NCBI GenBank assembly: GCA_963699175.1
Contig: OY969418.1
Span: forward strand, 2,205,352 to 2,269,351
Direction of reading: 5' to 3'
Length of the DNA stretch: 64,000 nt
DNA from: an uncultured Acidobacteriota bacterium
Lineage (GTDB): Bacteria; Acidobacteriota; Blastocatellia; RBC074
The position numbers were made by a program, and so were the translations under genes. Within the stretch, counting starts at the first letter, position 1, and the number at the start of each line of letters is the position of its first letter. Below are positions 8,881-19,476 of this stretch, piece by piece. The notes beneath the pieces are model-generated. The model ran no database searches. It was not told where the DNA came from and was given only the letters and a program-made list of their open reading frames with translations.

Positions 8881-9316
8881 AAGGTTTACGTGGCACGCTC
8901 TTCGGTTTGTTAGTCTCTTCGGGTTTGGCGGGCGAAGTCTCTTTAGGCTTTTCAGCCTTTTGCACCGCCGCCAAGCGTTCCGTCAACCGGTCAACTTCTT
9001 TCTGCATGTCCAACATCTGCTTTTGCAAATGGACTATCTGTTGCCCGTGGTCGAATAGTTGGCGCTGCAATTCGAGCACTCGCTCTTGGCTGTAATTGCT
9101 TGTGCTGCCCGTGTTGAGCGACTGGTTCTGCTGCGAGCGCTCGACGTAATCAAGTCTCGTTTGCATCTGATCTACGCGGCGTTCCAGGTTCATCAAGCGA
9201 AAGCTTTGATCCTGGCCAAAGCGCGTGGCCGCACCCAACGATAGCAGACTCAAACACAACAAACCCGTGAGCGCCGTGCGCCAATTACGTTTGATGGGAA
9301 ATCTCATTGCTCTCAA
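8879..9316 (-). CDS. secreted coiled-coil protein, hypothetical
   Basis: Signal-peptide-like N-terminus MRAMRFPIKRNWRTALTGLLCLSLLSLGAA. Heptad-rich, Q/E/L-rich middle. Lys/Pro-rich tail. Confidence 0.45.
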   Translation of the reverse strand: MRAMRFPIKRNWRTALTGLLCLSLLSLGAATRFGQDQSFRLMNLERRVDQMQTRLDYVERSQQNQSLNTGSTSNYSQERVLELQRQLFDHGQQIVHLQKQMLDMQKEVDRLTERLAAVQKAEKPKETSPAKPEETNKPKSVPRKP

Positions 9317-9488
9317 CCTCCATTGCTGTCATCAGCGTGCTTTACTGAAACCAATTTGTTAGTCTTCTGCGTCTACTGAACGTGACAGTTCTGGCACAAC
9401 TGGTTTCCGAATTGCAAGCCCTAGCAATCTGCCGTTTGCGACGGGAGACATCAAAGCAGGAATGCACGCCTGCGACTAAATCGAATTG

Positions 9489-9575
9489 GTGCGGTACAGG
9501 GAGCGGTAGCGACCTGCTGGATTCGTGAGGTGCACGCTCCCGCAGTACCAGGTCGCTACCGCTCCCGTACCGCAC
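9489..9575. repeat. palindromic intergenic element, family X copy 1
   Basis: gtgcggtacagggagcggtagcgacctg ... caggtcgctaccgctcccgtaccgcac; ~28-bp arms with a 32-nt loop. Confidence 0.6.
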
Positions 9576-9597
9576 CTGCTTCCTACAGAGGACTTCG

Positions 9598-12466
9598 TTT
9601 GAAGAAATTAGCGGCTCGCTTTTGGAGCGTAATTTTACTCATAGTCTTTAGCTCCGCGGCAATTGCCGCACAATCAAGCGAGATTTTACGCGGGCAGATC
9701 GTTGATGAGCTGAGCGACGTTATTCCCGGTGCGCAGCTCACGCTGACGGCAACCGGCGGCAAGCAACTCACTGCCGTCAGCGATGCCAACGGCGAATTCA
9801 CGCTACTACACGTCGCGCCCGGCGTTTACACACTGACCGTCACCGCCGAAGGCTTTCAGCCCTACAATGAACGCGAACTGCGTTTACCGCCCAAACCGCC
9901 GCTGCTCAAACTCACGCTGAAAGTCGCCGCCGTCAACATCGAAACCGAAGTCAAAGCCGATGAACCGGGCGTTTCCGTCGAGCCGGATCAGAACATGGAT
10001 GCGATTGTGTTAGGCGAAGACTTCATCGAGACCCTGCCTGACAATGAAGATGATCTGCGCGAATACTTGCTGATGCTGGCTGGCCCCGGCGCGGCTGGCG
10101 CGGCGGGCGGACAGGGCGGCGCGCAGATTTACATCAACGGTTTTCGCGGCGGACGCTTGCCGCCGCGCGAAGCCATCCTGCAAGTACGCATCAACCAAAG
10201 CCCCTTCTCCGCCGAATTCGAGCGTCCCGGCGCGGGCCGCGTAGAAATCATCACCAAGCCGGGCAACAACGAATGGCACGGCGGCTTCGGCGCGAACTTC
10301 CGCAACTCGGCGCTCGACGCGCGCAACGCGTTTGCGGCGGTCAAACCTGAGTTGGAGCAGAAGCGTTATTCGTTCAACCTGAGCGGCCCGCTGATTCGCA
10401 AGCGCATGTCGTTCTTCGCCAACCTGGAACAACGCCACTTGATCGGCAGCGGGACGGTGCGCGCTGAAACGCTCAGCGGGCCGTTCGTCGCCAACGTGGC
10501 CGCGCCCAACGAGAGCGCCTATTTCAGCGCGCGCGCTGATTATCTGCTCAATCAGAAGAACACTATCAACCTGACCTACTCGCGCTCTTCGTCCGAAGCG
10601 CTAAACCGCGAATTCGCCGCGCGGCTCGCTAGCGGCGGGACGAGCAACTTCACCTTGCCCGAACGCGCTTCGAGTTCCGACGATGTGAATCACACGTTGC
10701 AACTGGCCGAGACCTGGCTCATCAGCGCGCGGCTGATTCACGAGTCGCGCTTGCGCTTGCAATACGACGAGCGTCATCTGCGCGCCAATACACAGGGCTA
10801 CGCGGTCAACGTACTCGATGCGTTTTACGGTGGCGGCGCAACCTGTTGTCCCAACAACTCGCGCCAATTCACAGCAGAGTGGCAGGACTATCTGACTTAC
10901 ACGCGCAAGCGGCAGACCCTGCGCGGCGGCGTGCAGGTCGAGTACAACCGGCAGAACGATTTCAGCGCGAGCAATTTCAACGGTACTTACACCTTCTCCA
11001 GTCTCGATCAATATCGCCGCGCATTGACTGACCCGCAAGCGCGCGCCACTCAGTTCACGCAGAGCCTGGGCAATCCGCGTTTGCGCTACGACCTTTATCA
11101 AGCCGCGTGGTTTGTGCAAGACGACGTGCGTTTGCGGCAAGGCCTGACGCTCTCGTTCGGCTTGCGCCACGAATTCCAGTCGCATTTGGAAGACAAGCTG
11201 AATTTCGCGCCGCGCTTCGGCGTGGCTTGGTCGCCCTTCAAAGATCGCAAGACGACTTTGCGCGTGGGCGCGGGGATTTTCTACGCGCGGCTGACGGGCG
11301 GAGTTTATAACACCACGCTGCGCTACAACGGCATAACGCAACAGAGCATCATCATTCCCACGCCGCTCTTCCCCGATCCCTTCGCTGGCAATCCGAACAT
11401 CCGGCAAAGCAGCGCCATCCGCTGGCTGCTTGCGCCGGAGTTGCAAGCGCCCTACGTCATCAATTTCAACGGAACGGTCGAGCGGCAATTGACGCGCTCA
11501 GTGGTCACGACCTTTGGCTACCACTTCACGCGCGGCGTACATCAATTTCGCGCGCGCAACATCAACGCGCCGCTGCTTGATGGCGTGCGCCCTGATCCAA
11601 CGCAAGGCAATCTCTTTCAGATCGAATCTTCCGCCGCCTCGCAATATCACGGCCTGCAATTCCGGCTGGATCGTCGCCTGGGGCGTAGCTTCACAGCTTT
11701 CGGTAGCTATGCGCTGGCGTGGACGCAGAGCGATGCCGACGGCCCAACGTTCTTTCCGGCGAACAGCTACAATCTGCGTGATGAATGGAGCCGCGCGTTG
11801 ATTGATCGGCGGCACAATCTCTACATCGGCGGCAGTCTGCGTTTGCCCTACGGCTGGCGTGTTGCGCCGACTGTTAATGCATATTCCGGCACGCCGTTCA
11901 ATATAACGACAGGGCGCGACGAGAACGGCGATTCGCGCCTCAACGACCGCTTTGTCGGCGTCGGGCGCAATGCTGATTTGCTGGCGAGCCTTTATCCGAG
12001 TTTGCCTGATCGCTGTCTGCTCAATTGCAGCGCGGGCAGTCAACCAATCAATCTCCGCGATTTTCTCATTGCCAATTTCCCGAACGGCGTGCGTGCCGAA
12101 GGGCCGGGTTACTTCAGCGCCAATCTGAGCGTCACTAAAACCATTGGCTTTGGCCACCGCAAAGCGAACACGACCGCAGCCAGGCCGGGCGCGACAAATG
12201 CCAAAAGCGCCGAGAAGCTCAACGCAAAGAGTGCAGGATTGAACGGTCAGAGCAAGCCCGGCAAAGTTGGTGGTCAGGCCAACGCGCCGAATAACAACAG
12301 CGAAGCACCGCGTTTCAACTTGCAACTCGGCGCACAGATCACCAATCTTTTCAACCGCGTCAACTTCGGACAATACAGCGGCGTGCTGACCTCGCCGTTT
12401 TTCGCGCGGGCGAACAGCGCCAGCACAGCGCGCCAGTTTGAGTTTACGTTGCGTTTCGGTTTTTGA
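9598..12466 (+). CDS. TonB-dependent outer-membrane receptor with N-terminal carboxypeptidase-regulatory-like domain
   Basis: The start probably lies downstream of the track start, at TTG 9598 (LKKLAARFWSVILLIVFSSAAIAAQ signal peptide, AGAGGA RBS). The track start at 9530 lies inside the palindromic element. CarboxypepD_reg-like ILRGQIVDELSDVIPGAQLTLTATGG...GEFTL. ~950-aa beta-barrel ending ...FEFTLRFGF. Confidence 0.8.
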
Positions 12467-12478
12467 GTGGCGCGTATA

Positions 12479-12617
12479 GTTCGACAAGCTGCCAGCTTGT
12501 CGGCAGTCTCGGCATAAGACCCAATGGTCTTCCGGCTGAGACTGCGATTCGACAGTCTTGACGTTGAATCAATCGAGCGCCAACCAAGTCTGCCGACAAG
12601 CTGGCAGCTTGTCGAAC
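12479..12617. repeat. 28-bp inverted repeat flanking an 83-bp spacer (palindromic element)
   Basis: gttcgacaagctgccagcttgtcggcag / ctgccgacaagctggcagcttgtcgaac. The arm core gacaagctgccagcttgtc is itself a palindrome. Confidence 0.5.
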
Positions 12618-12631
12618 AACTTCATCACAAT

Positions 12632-14089
12632 ATGAAAAAGACACTCGTCACCCTGCTAGCTTTGCTCTGCCTCAGCGCGTATCCGCAAGAGCGCGCCGCC
12701 ACGCGCCCCAACTTCATCCTCATCATCGCCGATGACATGGCCTGGGACGATTGTGGCGCTTATGGCCACTGCACTATTCGCACACCGAATCTTGACCGGC
12801 TGGCACAGAGCGGCTTGCGCTTTGACCGCGCGTTCGTTACATCCAGTTCGTGCAGCCCAAGCCGCGCTAGCCTCATCACCGCGCGCTACCCGCACAGCGC
12901 CGACGCAGAGCAGTTGCACTGGCCAGTGCCTGCCGAACAGACGACCTTTGTCGAATTGTTGAAAGCCGCGGGCTATTGGACGGCAGCGGCGGGCAAGTGG
13001 CATTTGGGCGATGCTATTCGTAACCGCTTCGATCTGGTGAAAGAGGCCGACCCGGCGGGCTTCATCCTGCCGCGTCCCCCAAACGTAGATCCGAAAACGC
13101 TGGACGTAAGCGGCACCGGCGAATGGCTCAACCTATTGCGGCAACGACCAAAGGATAAACCGTTCTTCTTGTGGCTGGCAGCATTCGATCCGCACCGCGA
13201 TTATGAAGAAGGGATCATAGCCAAACCACACACGCTGGCTGATGTAGTCGTTCCGCCTTACTTGCCCGACACGCCTGGAGTGCGCAAGGAACTGGCGCTC
13301 TATTACGACGAGATCACACGGCTGGATGAGAAGGTGGGCGAAGTGCTCGCCGAGTTGGACAGACAGCAAGCGGCGCGCGATACGCTGGTCATGTTTGTGA
13401 GCGACAACGGTCGCCCCTTCCCGCGCGCGAAGACGACGCTGTTTGACAGCGGCATTCGCACGCCACTGATCGCGCGCTGGCCGGGCAAAGTCAAAGCTGG
13501 CGGCGTAACGCGCAGCCTAGTCAGCACGGTTGACATTGGGCCGACGCTCTTGGAATTGGCGGGCGTCAAATTGTCGCCGGCATTTCAAGGCCGCAGCTTT
13601 GCAGCAGTCTTGCGCAACCCACAGCGCCAAATCCGCGACGCTATTTATGCCGAAAAGAACTGGCACGACTACGAAGACCGTTCGCGCGCCGTGCGCACGG
13701 CGCGCTTCAAATACATTCGTAACTATTACAATGATCTGCCGCTGACGCCCTCCGCCGATGCCTGGCGCAGCCCAACGGGGCAGGCATTTCGCCACTTGCG
13801 CGACGCGGGCAAACTCACGCCGCAACAAATGGTCGTCTTCCAGACTCGCGCTGCCGAAGAGCTTTACGACACCGTCGCCGACCCAAACGAGTTCCACAAT
13901 CTGGCCGGAGATGTGCGCTATGCCGCGACGTTGAAAGCAATGCGGGAGAAGTTGCAACGTTGGGAGACCGAGACTGCCGATCGTGCGCCGCTACGCCGCA
14001 CGCCGGATGAGTTCGACCGTGAGACAGGAGAACCGTTGCCTAATCGCCCAACACAGCGTCCCGGCAAGCAAGCGTTCTTCAGACCGTGA
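12632..14089 (+). CDS. sulfatase (formylglycine-dependent arylsulfatase family), secreted
   Basis: Start at MKKTLVTLLALLCLSA signal peptide. C-x-P-x-R signature SCSPSRASLITARYPHS. N-terminal IIADDMAWDD metal-binding region. Confidence 0.85.
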   Translation: MKKTLVTLLALLCLSAYPQERAATRPNFILIIADDMAWDDCGAYGHCTIRTPNLDRLAQSGLRFDRAFVTSSSCSPSRASLITARYPHSADAEQLHWPVPAEQTTFVELLKAAGYWTAAAGKWHLGDAIRNRFDLVKEADPAGFILPRPPNVDPKTLDVSGTGEWLNLLRQRPKDKPFFLWLAAFDPHRDYEEGIIAKPHTLADVVVPPYLPDTPGVRKELALYYDEITRLDEKVGEVLAELDRQQAARDTLVMFVSDNGRPFPRAKTTLFDSGIRTPLIARWPGKVKAGGVTRSLVSTVDIGPTLLELAGVKLSPAFQGRSFAAVLRNPQRQIRDAIYAEKNWHDYEDRSRAVRTARFKYIRNYYNDLPLTPSADAWRSPTGQAFRHLRDAGKLTPQQMVVFQTRAAEELYDTVADPNEFHNLAGDVRYAATLKAMREKLQRWETETADRAPLRRTPDEFDRETGEPLPNRPTQRPGKQAFFRP

Positions 14090-14092
14090 ATG

Positions 14093-14180
14093 GTGCGGTA
14101 CCGGGAGCGATAGCGACCGGGTAGGCTGGCGGTGATTGCCTCATGTGCGCAATATATCCGGTCGCTATCGCTCCCGGTAC
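14093..14180. repeat. palindromic intergenic element, family X copy 2
   Basis: gtgcggtaccgggagcgatagcgaccgg ... ccggtcgctatcgctcccggtac. The right arm supplies the last five codons and stop of the adjacent dgoK-like gene. Confidence 0.6.
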
Positions 14181-15142
14181 TGTATAGCTATTTGCCGCAG
14201 GCCGGTCAGGAAACCCCGTTCAACTGCCGCTTCATCAAGCAGCCTGACTTCAATGCCAGACGCAGCCAACACATCCCGCCAAGCTTCCGCAAGCGCGCCG
14301 CCACCCGTAATGAGGACTTGCCGCAACAACCCGCGCCGCAACCATGCATCCAAATCCGCCGCCAAATAAACGCCCAGCAAAAAAGCGAGCCGCTCTTCTG
14401 GCGTGCTCGCAGTGCGTTGTTCGAGCAAGCGCACACAGAATAACGCGCGCGGCAAACCGCTTTGCCGTTGCTCGTGCATCCCAGCTTCGAGCCAGTGCCG
14501 GTCAATCTTTTCCGGCCTGGTTTGCGGCACGGAGTCGGCCAGGATGGTTTGCGTTTGCGTCGTGTGAATCAACTCGCCGGTCAAGCTAGTCAGGCTGGCG
14601 GCGATGCGCGCCGTGTCGTCGAGTTGAATGAGCTTCCAATGCGAGCCGAGATTGAGCAGCGTAGCGCCCGGCGCGAGCAAACCGAGCGCATGCAATCCGA
14701 CGCAGAGCGTCTCTTCACCCCGCATCACATCCGCCGCGCCGATGGTTTCAGCATCGCATTGCGCAGGGCCGGAACGCACGCCGGGCACGAGCAGGACAGG
14801 CAAGTCAGTGATGTGTGGGAAGCGATGTGTTTGAGTAGCCGCGCTCAAATCGCTCAAAGCTGCGGGCGCAGCGACGTGCGGCACTTCGGCCAAGCCAAGC
14901 GGTGAAGTAATCATTCCGGCGGCCAACACGGTGCGCGGTGCTGAGCCTGGCGCTTCTGCTCGCACTTGCGCAATCAATTCGCGCAAAGCTTCGTGCAGAC
15001 GCGCGGGCGAGCCGTCACGCGCCGTATCGCGTACGCCGACGCTGGCGCGCACGTTGGCGACGCTCTCTTCACCAACCGTCAGCCAGACGCGCGTGTTGGT
15101 AGTGCCGGTGTCAATACAGATCAAACAATGAAGATCGTTCAT
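14165..15142 (-). CDS. dgoK: 2-dehydro-3-deoxygalactonokinase-like sugar kinase
   Basis: N-terminal [15 protein letters not shown] matches the DgoK I-D-W-G-T-[ST]-N-x-R-x-W-L motif. ~320 aa. 4-nt ATGA overlap with the downstream aldolase. Confidence 0.7.
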   Translation of the reverse strand: MNDLHCLICIDTGTTNTRVWLTVGEESVANVRASVGVRDTARDGSPARLHEALRELIAQVRAEAPGSAPRTVLAAGMITSPLGLAEVPHVAAPAALSDLSAATQTHRFPHITDLPVLLVPGVRSGPAQCDAETIGAADVMRGEETLCVGLHALGLLAPGATLLNLGSHWKLIQLDDTARIAASLTSLTGELIHTTQTQTILADSVPQTRPEKIDRHWLEAGMHEQRQSGLPRALFCVRLLEQRTASTPEERLAFLLGVYLAADLDAWLRRGLLRQVLITGGGALAEAWRDVLAASGIEVRLLDEAAVERGFLTGLRQIAIQYRER

Positions 15143-15780
15143 CGGCTTGCCAGCGCAGCTTCAATAAAGGCAGTCGCGCGCATGCGGAGCAATGCCAAGC
15201 CGCCCTCTTGCAAAACATCTTTGCCAACCAACTCTGAGCCGATGCCGACTGCCCAAGCGCCAGCGGCAAAGTATGCGCGCGCCGCGTCAGGCGTTACACC
15301 GCCAGTCGGCACCAACCGCACGTCATTGAGCGGCGCGCGCACGGCCTTGATGTAAGCAGGCCCTAGCGTATTAGCTGGAAAAATCTTGATGGCATCCGCG
15401 CCCGCATCCAAGGCTTCGACAATCTCTGAAGGCGTAAAGCAGCCGGGCAGTGAGAACAGGTTCAAGCGTTTTGTCGCAGCAATCACTTCGGCATTACGGT
15501 TGGGCGAGACGATAAAGCACGCGCCTGCGTCAGCGGCCTGCTTGACTTCATCAGCGCGTAGCACCGTGCCTGCGCCAATCGCCGCCGTTGCGCCGAAACG
15601 CCGCGCCAGCCGCCCGATTGTCGTCATTGCGTTTGGTGAGTTCAGCGTAACCTCGACCGCCGTGATTCCGGCTTCGAGCAGCACTGCCGCCAAATCTTCT
15701 TCACGTCCGCCAAAAGCGCCGCGCAAGATTGCCACGATGCGCCCGGCCTCGATCAACTTGCCAACTTGTTCGCTCATCAT
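15139..15780 (-). CDS. KDPG / KDPGal aldolase family (2-dehydro-3-deoxy-6-phosphogalactonate aldolase candidate)
   Basis: 213 aa. [14 protein letters not shown]...GAGTV...IVSP...VPTGGV class I aldolase pattern. Operonic with the dgoK-like gene. Confidence 0.75.
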   Translation of the reverse strand: MMSEQVGKLIEAGRIVAILRGAFGGREEDLAAVLLEAGITAVEVTLNSPNAMTTIGRLARRFGATAAIGAGTVLRADEVKQAADAGACFIVSPNRNAEVIAATKRLNLFSLPGCFTPSEIVEALDAGADAIKIFPANTLGPAYIKAVRAPLNDVRLVPTGGVTPDAARAYFAAGAWAVGIGSELVGKDVLQEGGLALLRMRATAFIEAALASR

Positions 15781-18047
15781 TTTGCCAACGGAGAAAAACG
15801 ATAACTGCCTGCACTAATTTCGTAAGTTGCCAATCCATTCGCTTCATGCAAAAACTTTACGCCGGGTTGCTCTGCGCTGCGAAACGGCAGCTCGAGCTGC
15901 GCAGACATATTGGCCGGGAGCGTCAGATCAAATTGCTGCTGCGTTCCCGTCGCTTGCCATTCGCACAAGATCGTGCCGCGAATCGTCGGCAGCTTTAACT
16001 TTGCGTGCGCGAGCTTGCCAAACTGCGGCTTGATATGCGCGACTTTGAAGCTCGGCACAAGCGGCTCGATGCCAAACATTTTGCGCGCGATGATGTTCGC
16101 AGGCGCAGCGCCCCAGGCGTGATTCCAATCCAGGTTGGGTTTGTATTTGATGTCCCACGCCTCAGTGGTCATCGTCGAACCTACTTCGAGCATGTGCAGC
16201 CAACTGCGGTCGTGCTTGGCCGTCAGCAACTCCAATGCGTAATCGGCCTCGCCCGCTTCATACAAAGCTTCGAGCAGATACTGCGCGCCGTAAACGCTGC
16301 AAGCCATCCCACGCGATTTGATAAACTCGACGACTGATTTAACGCTGTCCGGCGCGACCATCCCGAACGCCAGCGGAAACATATTCGCGTGTAGCGAGCT
16401 GTGCCCAGTGCCTATGCCGTCAACGTAAACGCCGCGCGGTTGGTCGAAGAACGTGCGATTGAAAACCTCTTTGAACACAAAAGCTCGTTGGCGAATCAAT
16501 CCGGCTTCATCCGCCTTGCCCAACACAGCAGCGATCTCGCCCAGCAACACCAGCGCACGATAGTGAAATGCATTGACCACCGTATTGTAGTCGGTGAAGA
16601 CAAACCCATCGGTCTCGCCGCCAGGCGTTGGCGGCGTCCATTCGCCTGGCCGTTGGTTGCCGCGTGCGCCTTGCGGCCAATCCACGATGTCGCGAAATTG
16701 GTCGCCGCTGTAATGAAGCGTCTGCAAAAACTCCTTTGTGACACGGCCTGTGCGCGTGCTGATCAATCCGTCTTCGCGCGCCAGCGTCAGCAGCGTTTTT
16801 GCTTTCAAGTCGCTGTAAAACCGGCGCAGCGATTCAAGGTTGCTCGTCTGTTGATAATCGGCCCACGCCATCAGCACCGAGTGCAAGTGCCATTCGGTGG
16901 GCCAAGCCGGATTGAAGAGTAGAAACTCGTGCGTGTAACGCGCAATCGCATATTCGCGATCAACCGCGTAATGGCCGAGTTGTTGGATGTAGGCGTCTGC
17001 TTCATAAGGCATCCGTTCGCGCGTGCCATCGGCGTAAACGCCCAGGAACGGTGTGGCCTTTAACGTGTACTTGCATAAATCCCAGACAGCATTCAGTTCA
17101 GGGCTTGAACTAGTGAACTCAGCGGCTTGGTCATCAAATTGATAGAACAGCGCAAGCTGTTTGACTTGAAAAGCGGCCAACTCGCCGGGCACACCGATCA
17201 ATTCTGCGTAGCGAAATGGCGCGACCTCCGGCATATGTTCGGCTAGCACTTGGCTGTTTGGATATGACGAGCTTTGGCGCGGCAATTCGACGACGTAAGT
17301 GTGCGGGCCTTGTTGCAATGTCAACTCGGCTTTTTTGTAGACGATATTGCCACCGGGTTTGCGATCAACCGTGTTTTCGGCTTGCAGCTTCTCGCCCAAA
17401 TGCACCTCGACCTTATCGCCTTCGCGCGGGTTACTCAGTGTGACTTTGAGGGTGGCAAAAGCTGCTTTGCCAAAATCAATGAAGTAGTGCTGCGACGCAA
17501 TGCGCACAACTTTGACCGGCGCGACTTCGTGATAAGAGATCGGGTGACGATTCTCGAAGACCCATTCATCGCCCAGCTTCACCCAGCGGCTCTCGCTCGG
17601 CCAGCGGCGCTGCTTGAAATTCAAATCGCCGATGTTGAAGCGTTGCGGCTGGCTCCATGCGCTCGCCTTCCCTGCCACGTCCCAGGTTCGCACCTGCCAC
17701 CAGTAAGACGTGTTGGTTTGCAGCGGCTTGCCCGTGTACTCGACATCAATGGATTGATCGGAGTTGACCTTGCCAGAATCCCAGCCATCGCCCTGTTTAC
17801 GCGCGAGCAACTTGGCATCCGAAGCTACGAGGATTTGATAGGCTGTCTGGCGCGCACCCATCCGCGTGTCGTTGACGATCCAGCCAAACTCCGGGCGGGC
17901 GTCGGTAATCACGGCGCGTTCGGGGTGCGACAGCAATTCACACAGCAAACCGGAAGGGGCGCGTAACGCGGGTTGCGCGCGCGTCGTTGCAACAAAAGTC
18001 AGGACGAGCAAGAGGCCGGATAAACAAATGACAATCAGACTTTTCAT
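15777..18047 (-). CDS. GH78 alpha-L-rhamnosidase-like glycoside hydrolase, secreted
   Basis: Start at [24 protein letters not shown]. The N-terminal domain [10 protein letters not shown]...WDSGKV...YWWQVRTWD matches the bacterial rhamnosidase N-domain pattern. The rest is consistent with a six-hairpin catalytic domain. Family assignment is from memory. Confidence 0.6.
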   Translation of the reverse strand: MKSLIVICLSGLLLVLTFVATTRAQPALRAPSGLLCELLSHPERAVITDARPEFGWIVNDTRMGARQTAYQILVASDAKLLARKQGDGWDSGKVNSDQSIDVEYTGKPLQTNTSYWWQVRTWDVAGKASAWSQPQRFNIGDLNFKQRRWPSESRWVKLGDEWVFENRHPISYHEVAPVKVVRIASQHYFIDFGKAAFATLKVTLSNPREGDKVEVHLGEKLQAENTVDRKPGGNIVYKKAELTLQQGPHTYVVELPRQSSSYPNSQVLAEHMPEVAPFRYAELIGVPGELAAFQVKQLALFYQFDDQAAEFTSSSPELNAVWDLCKYTLKATPFLGVYADGTRERMPYEADAYIQQLGHYAVDREYAIARYTHEFLLFNPAWPTEWHLHSVLMAWADYQQTSNLESLRRFYSDLKAKTLLTLAREDGLISTRTGRVTKEFLQTLHYSGDQFRDIVDWPQGARGNQRPGEWTPPTPGGETDGFVFTDYNTVVNAFHYRALVLLGEIAAVLGKADEAGLIRQRAFVFKEVFNRTFFDQPRGVYVDGIGTGHSSLHANMFPLAFGMVAPDSVKSVVEFIKSRGMACSVYGAQYLLEALYEAGEADYALELLTAKHDRSWLHMLEVGSTMTTEAWDIKYKPNLDWNHAWGAAPANIIARKMFGIEPLVPSFKVAHIKPQFGKLAHAKLKLPTIRGTILCEWQATGTQQQFDLTLPANMSAQLELPFRSAEQPGVKFLHEANGLATYEISAGSYRFSPLAK

Positions 18048-18174
18048 AACGGATTGGGGGAGTGAAAGCACGCCGCACAATATAACAGAATTTGCAGTTG
18101 GGGAACCGGCATGATTGTCTGTTCACGCCCCTTGGTTGATACTGCTTGAAACTACAGACTTCAAGAAAATGAAA

Positions 18175-18272
18175 CCACGAAGAAACGAAGAAAACGAAGG
18201 GGGAATACGGAGAGCTAAGGCTGAAATGATTGCACTCCTACTGCTTCCTTCGCCTTTTTCGTTTCTTCGTGG
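18175..18272. repeat. 26-bp inverted repeat with 46-nt loop in a divergent intergenic region
   Basis: ccacgaagaaacgaagaaaacgaagg / ccttcgcctttttcgtttcttcgtgg. Confidence 0.5.
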
Positions 18273-18293
18273 TGAAATAGCAGGAGGAATTGT

Positions 18294-18461
18294 ATGCCGA
18301 ATCCGCTCTGGGTCTCGATTGTTTCCGCGACCGCGCAGAAGCTGACGAAGAAGTGTCCGCATTGTGGCAGGCAAGGCGTTTATCCGGCGAAACAAGCCGG
18401 ACATTTCTACACCTGCAAATTCTGTGGCCACCGGTTCAAAGAAAAAGGAACGGAGAAATAA
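18294..18461 (+). CDS. 55-aa zinc-ribbon small protein (not in ORF track, below length cutoff)
   Basis: Perfect AGGAGG 6 nt upstream of the ATG. MPNPLWVSIVSATAQKLTKKCPHCGRQGVYPAKQAGHFYTCKFCGHRFKEKGTEK, with two C-x-x-C pairs. Confidence 0.5.
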   Translation: MPNPLWVSIVSATAQKLTKKCPHCGRQGVYPAKQAGHFYTCKFCGHRFKEKGTEK

Positions 18462-18483
18462 TTGCTGAGCCAACGCGCCCTCA

Positions 18484-19305
18484 TCACAAGCGGCGCAGAT
18501 AGGCTTCGGGGTTATTCAGGAAACGCCGCGTCAAATCCACGTGTTCAACTTCGTCGTAAGCGACCTCGCGCACTGGATGCTGATCGAAGCTCAAGATCGC
18601 CGCGCCGGGAAAAGCCATCAACAACGGCGAATGCGTAGCAATGATGAACTGCGCGTCTTCTTCCACCATCTCTTTCAACATCGAGAGCAGCGCCAATTGC
18701 CGTTGCGGCGAAAGCGGCGCTTCCGGTTCGTCGAGCAGATACAAGCCGCCCGGCACGAAGCGCGATTGAAAGAGCTTCAGAAAGCTCTCGCCATGTGAAT
18801 TGGCGTCGAGGTCTTCGCCGTAGCGTTCGATCAAGGCTTGCCGCTGACTGAGAACTGCACCTTTGGCCAAGCCCAGCGCATAGCCGGTGTACTCTTGCTC
18901 AAAATTGTCGGCCATCTCCTGCAACTCTTCGGTCATGCGTTTCAAGCGCCGCGCAAAATTGAAGAAGTCTTCGGCGCGCAGAAAGAAGCCGCGCGTAGTT
19001 CTGTGTTGCCAGACGAATTGCATCAAGCGGGACAACGCCCGCGCGTGTTGCAACGTGTTATCGCGCGGCAGATCATCGCCGCCTACCGCCACGGAGCCGA
19101 CACCTACAGCCAACGCTTCGAGCAAGGTGGATTTGCCTGAACCGTTTTCACCGACCAGGAATGTAACGGACGAGTGAAACTCGATCGGTGCGAACTGCTG
19201 TACGAGCGGCAAGCTGAATGGAAAGTCCTGTCGCCGTTGCGCGGAAGGTTTGAGCCGGATAGCTTGCAAATGAATCATCGTCGTATCGGTGATTTGTCTT
19301 GTCAT
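18484..19305 (-). CDS. AAA/ABC-like P-loop ATPase (COG3910-like predicted ATPase)
   Basis: Walker [18 protein letters not shown]. Walker B/D-loop [20 protein letters not shown]. Confidence 0.7.
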   Translation of the reverse strand: MTRQITDTTMIHLQAIRLKPSAQRRQDFPFSLPLVQQFAPIEFHSSVTFLVGENGSGKSTLLEALAVGVGSVAVGGDDLPRDNTLQHARALSRLMQFVWQHRTTRGFFLRAEDFFNFARRLKRMTEELQEMADNFEQEYTGYALGLAKGAVLSQRQALIERYGEDLDANSHGESFLKLFQSRFVPGGLYLLDEPEAPLSPQRQLALLSMLKEMVEEDAQFIIATHSPLLMAFPGAAILSFDQHPVREVAYDEVEHVDLTRRFLNNPEAYLRRL

Positions 19306-19365
19306 AGCGAAGCTGTTACTCTTGCGCCTCCTTGTATCACTGAATCCAATAGAAAAGTAAAGCCT

Positions 19366-19471
19366 GGGAGCGCACGCGGCTCGCGTGCGGCGTCGAGAGG
19401 CGCGACATTTACTTCAATGTATCTCTTCCGCAATCCCCGCACGCGAGCCGCGTGCGCTCCCAGGTTTGCAC
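19366..19471. repeat. 25-bp perfect inverted repeat with 56-nt loop in a divergent promoter region (family Y-related)
   Basis: gggagcgcacgcggctcgcgtgcgg / ccgcacgcgagccgcgtgcgctccc. Shares AGCCTGGG.GCGCACGC with the 8704 element. Confidence 0.5.
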
Positions 19472-19476
19472 ACTCA

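Noticed and set aside
9342-9575. 77-aa minus ORF (and the 48361..48711 plus ORF) sharing the peptide RSLPLPVPHQ
   Set aside because: The shared peptide is just the translation of the family-X palindromic element present at both sites, not a conserved protein.
9530-9597. Upstream extension of the TonB receptor ORF (track start MHAPAVPGRYRS...)
   Set aside because: The extension translates the palindromic element and lacks a signal peptide. A TTG at 9598 with an AGAGGA RBS yields a canonical signal sequence.
18115-18473. ORFs 18115..18345 (+) and 18123..18473 (-)
   Set aside because: They overlap the hairpin and the well-supported 55-aa zinc-ribbon gene, and they have low-complexity translations and no RBS.
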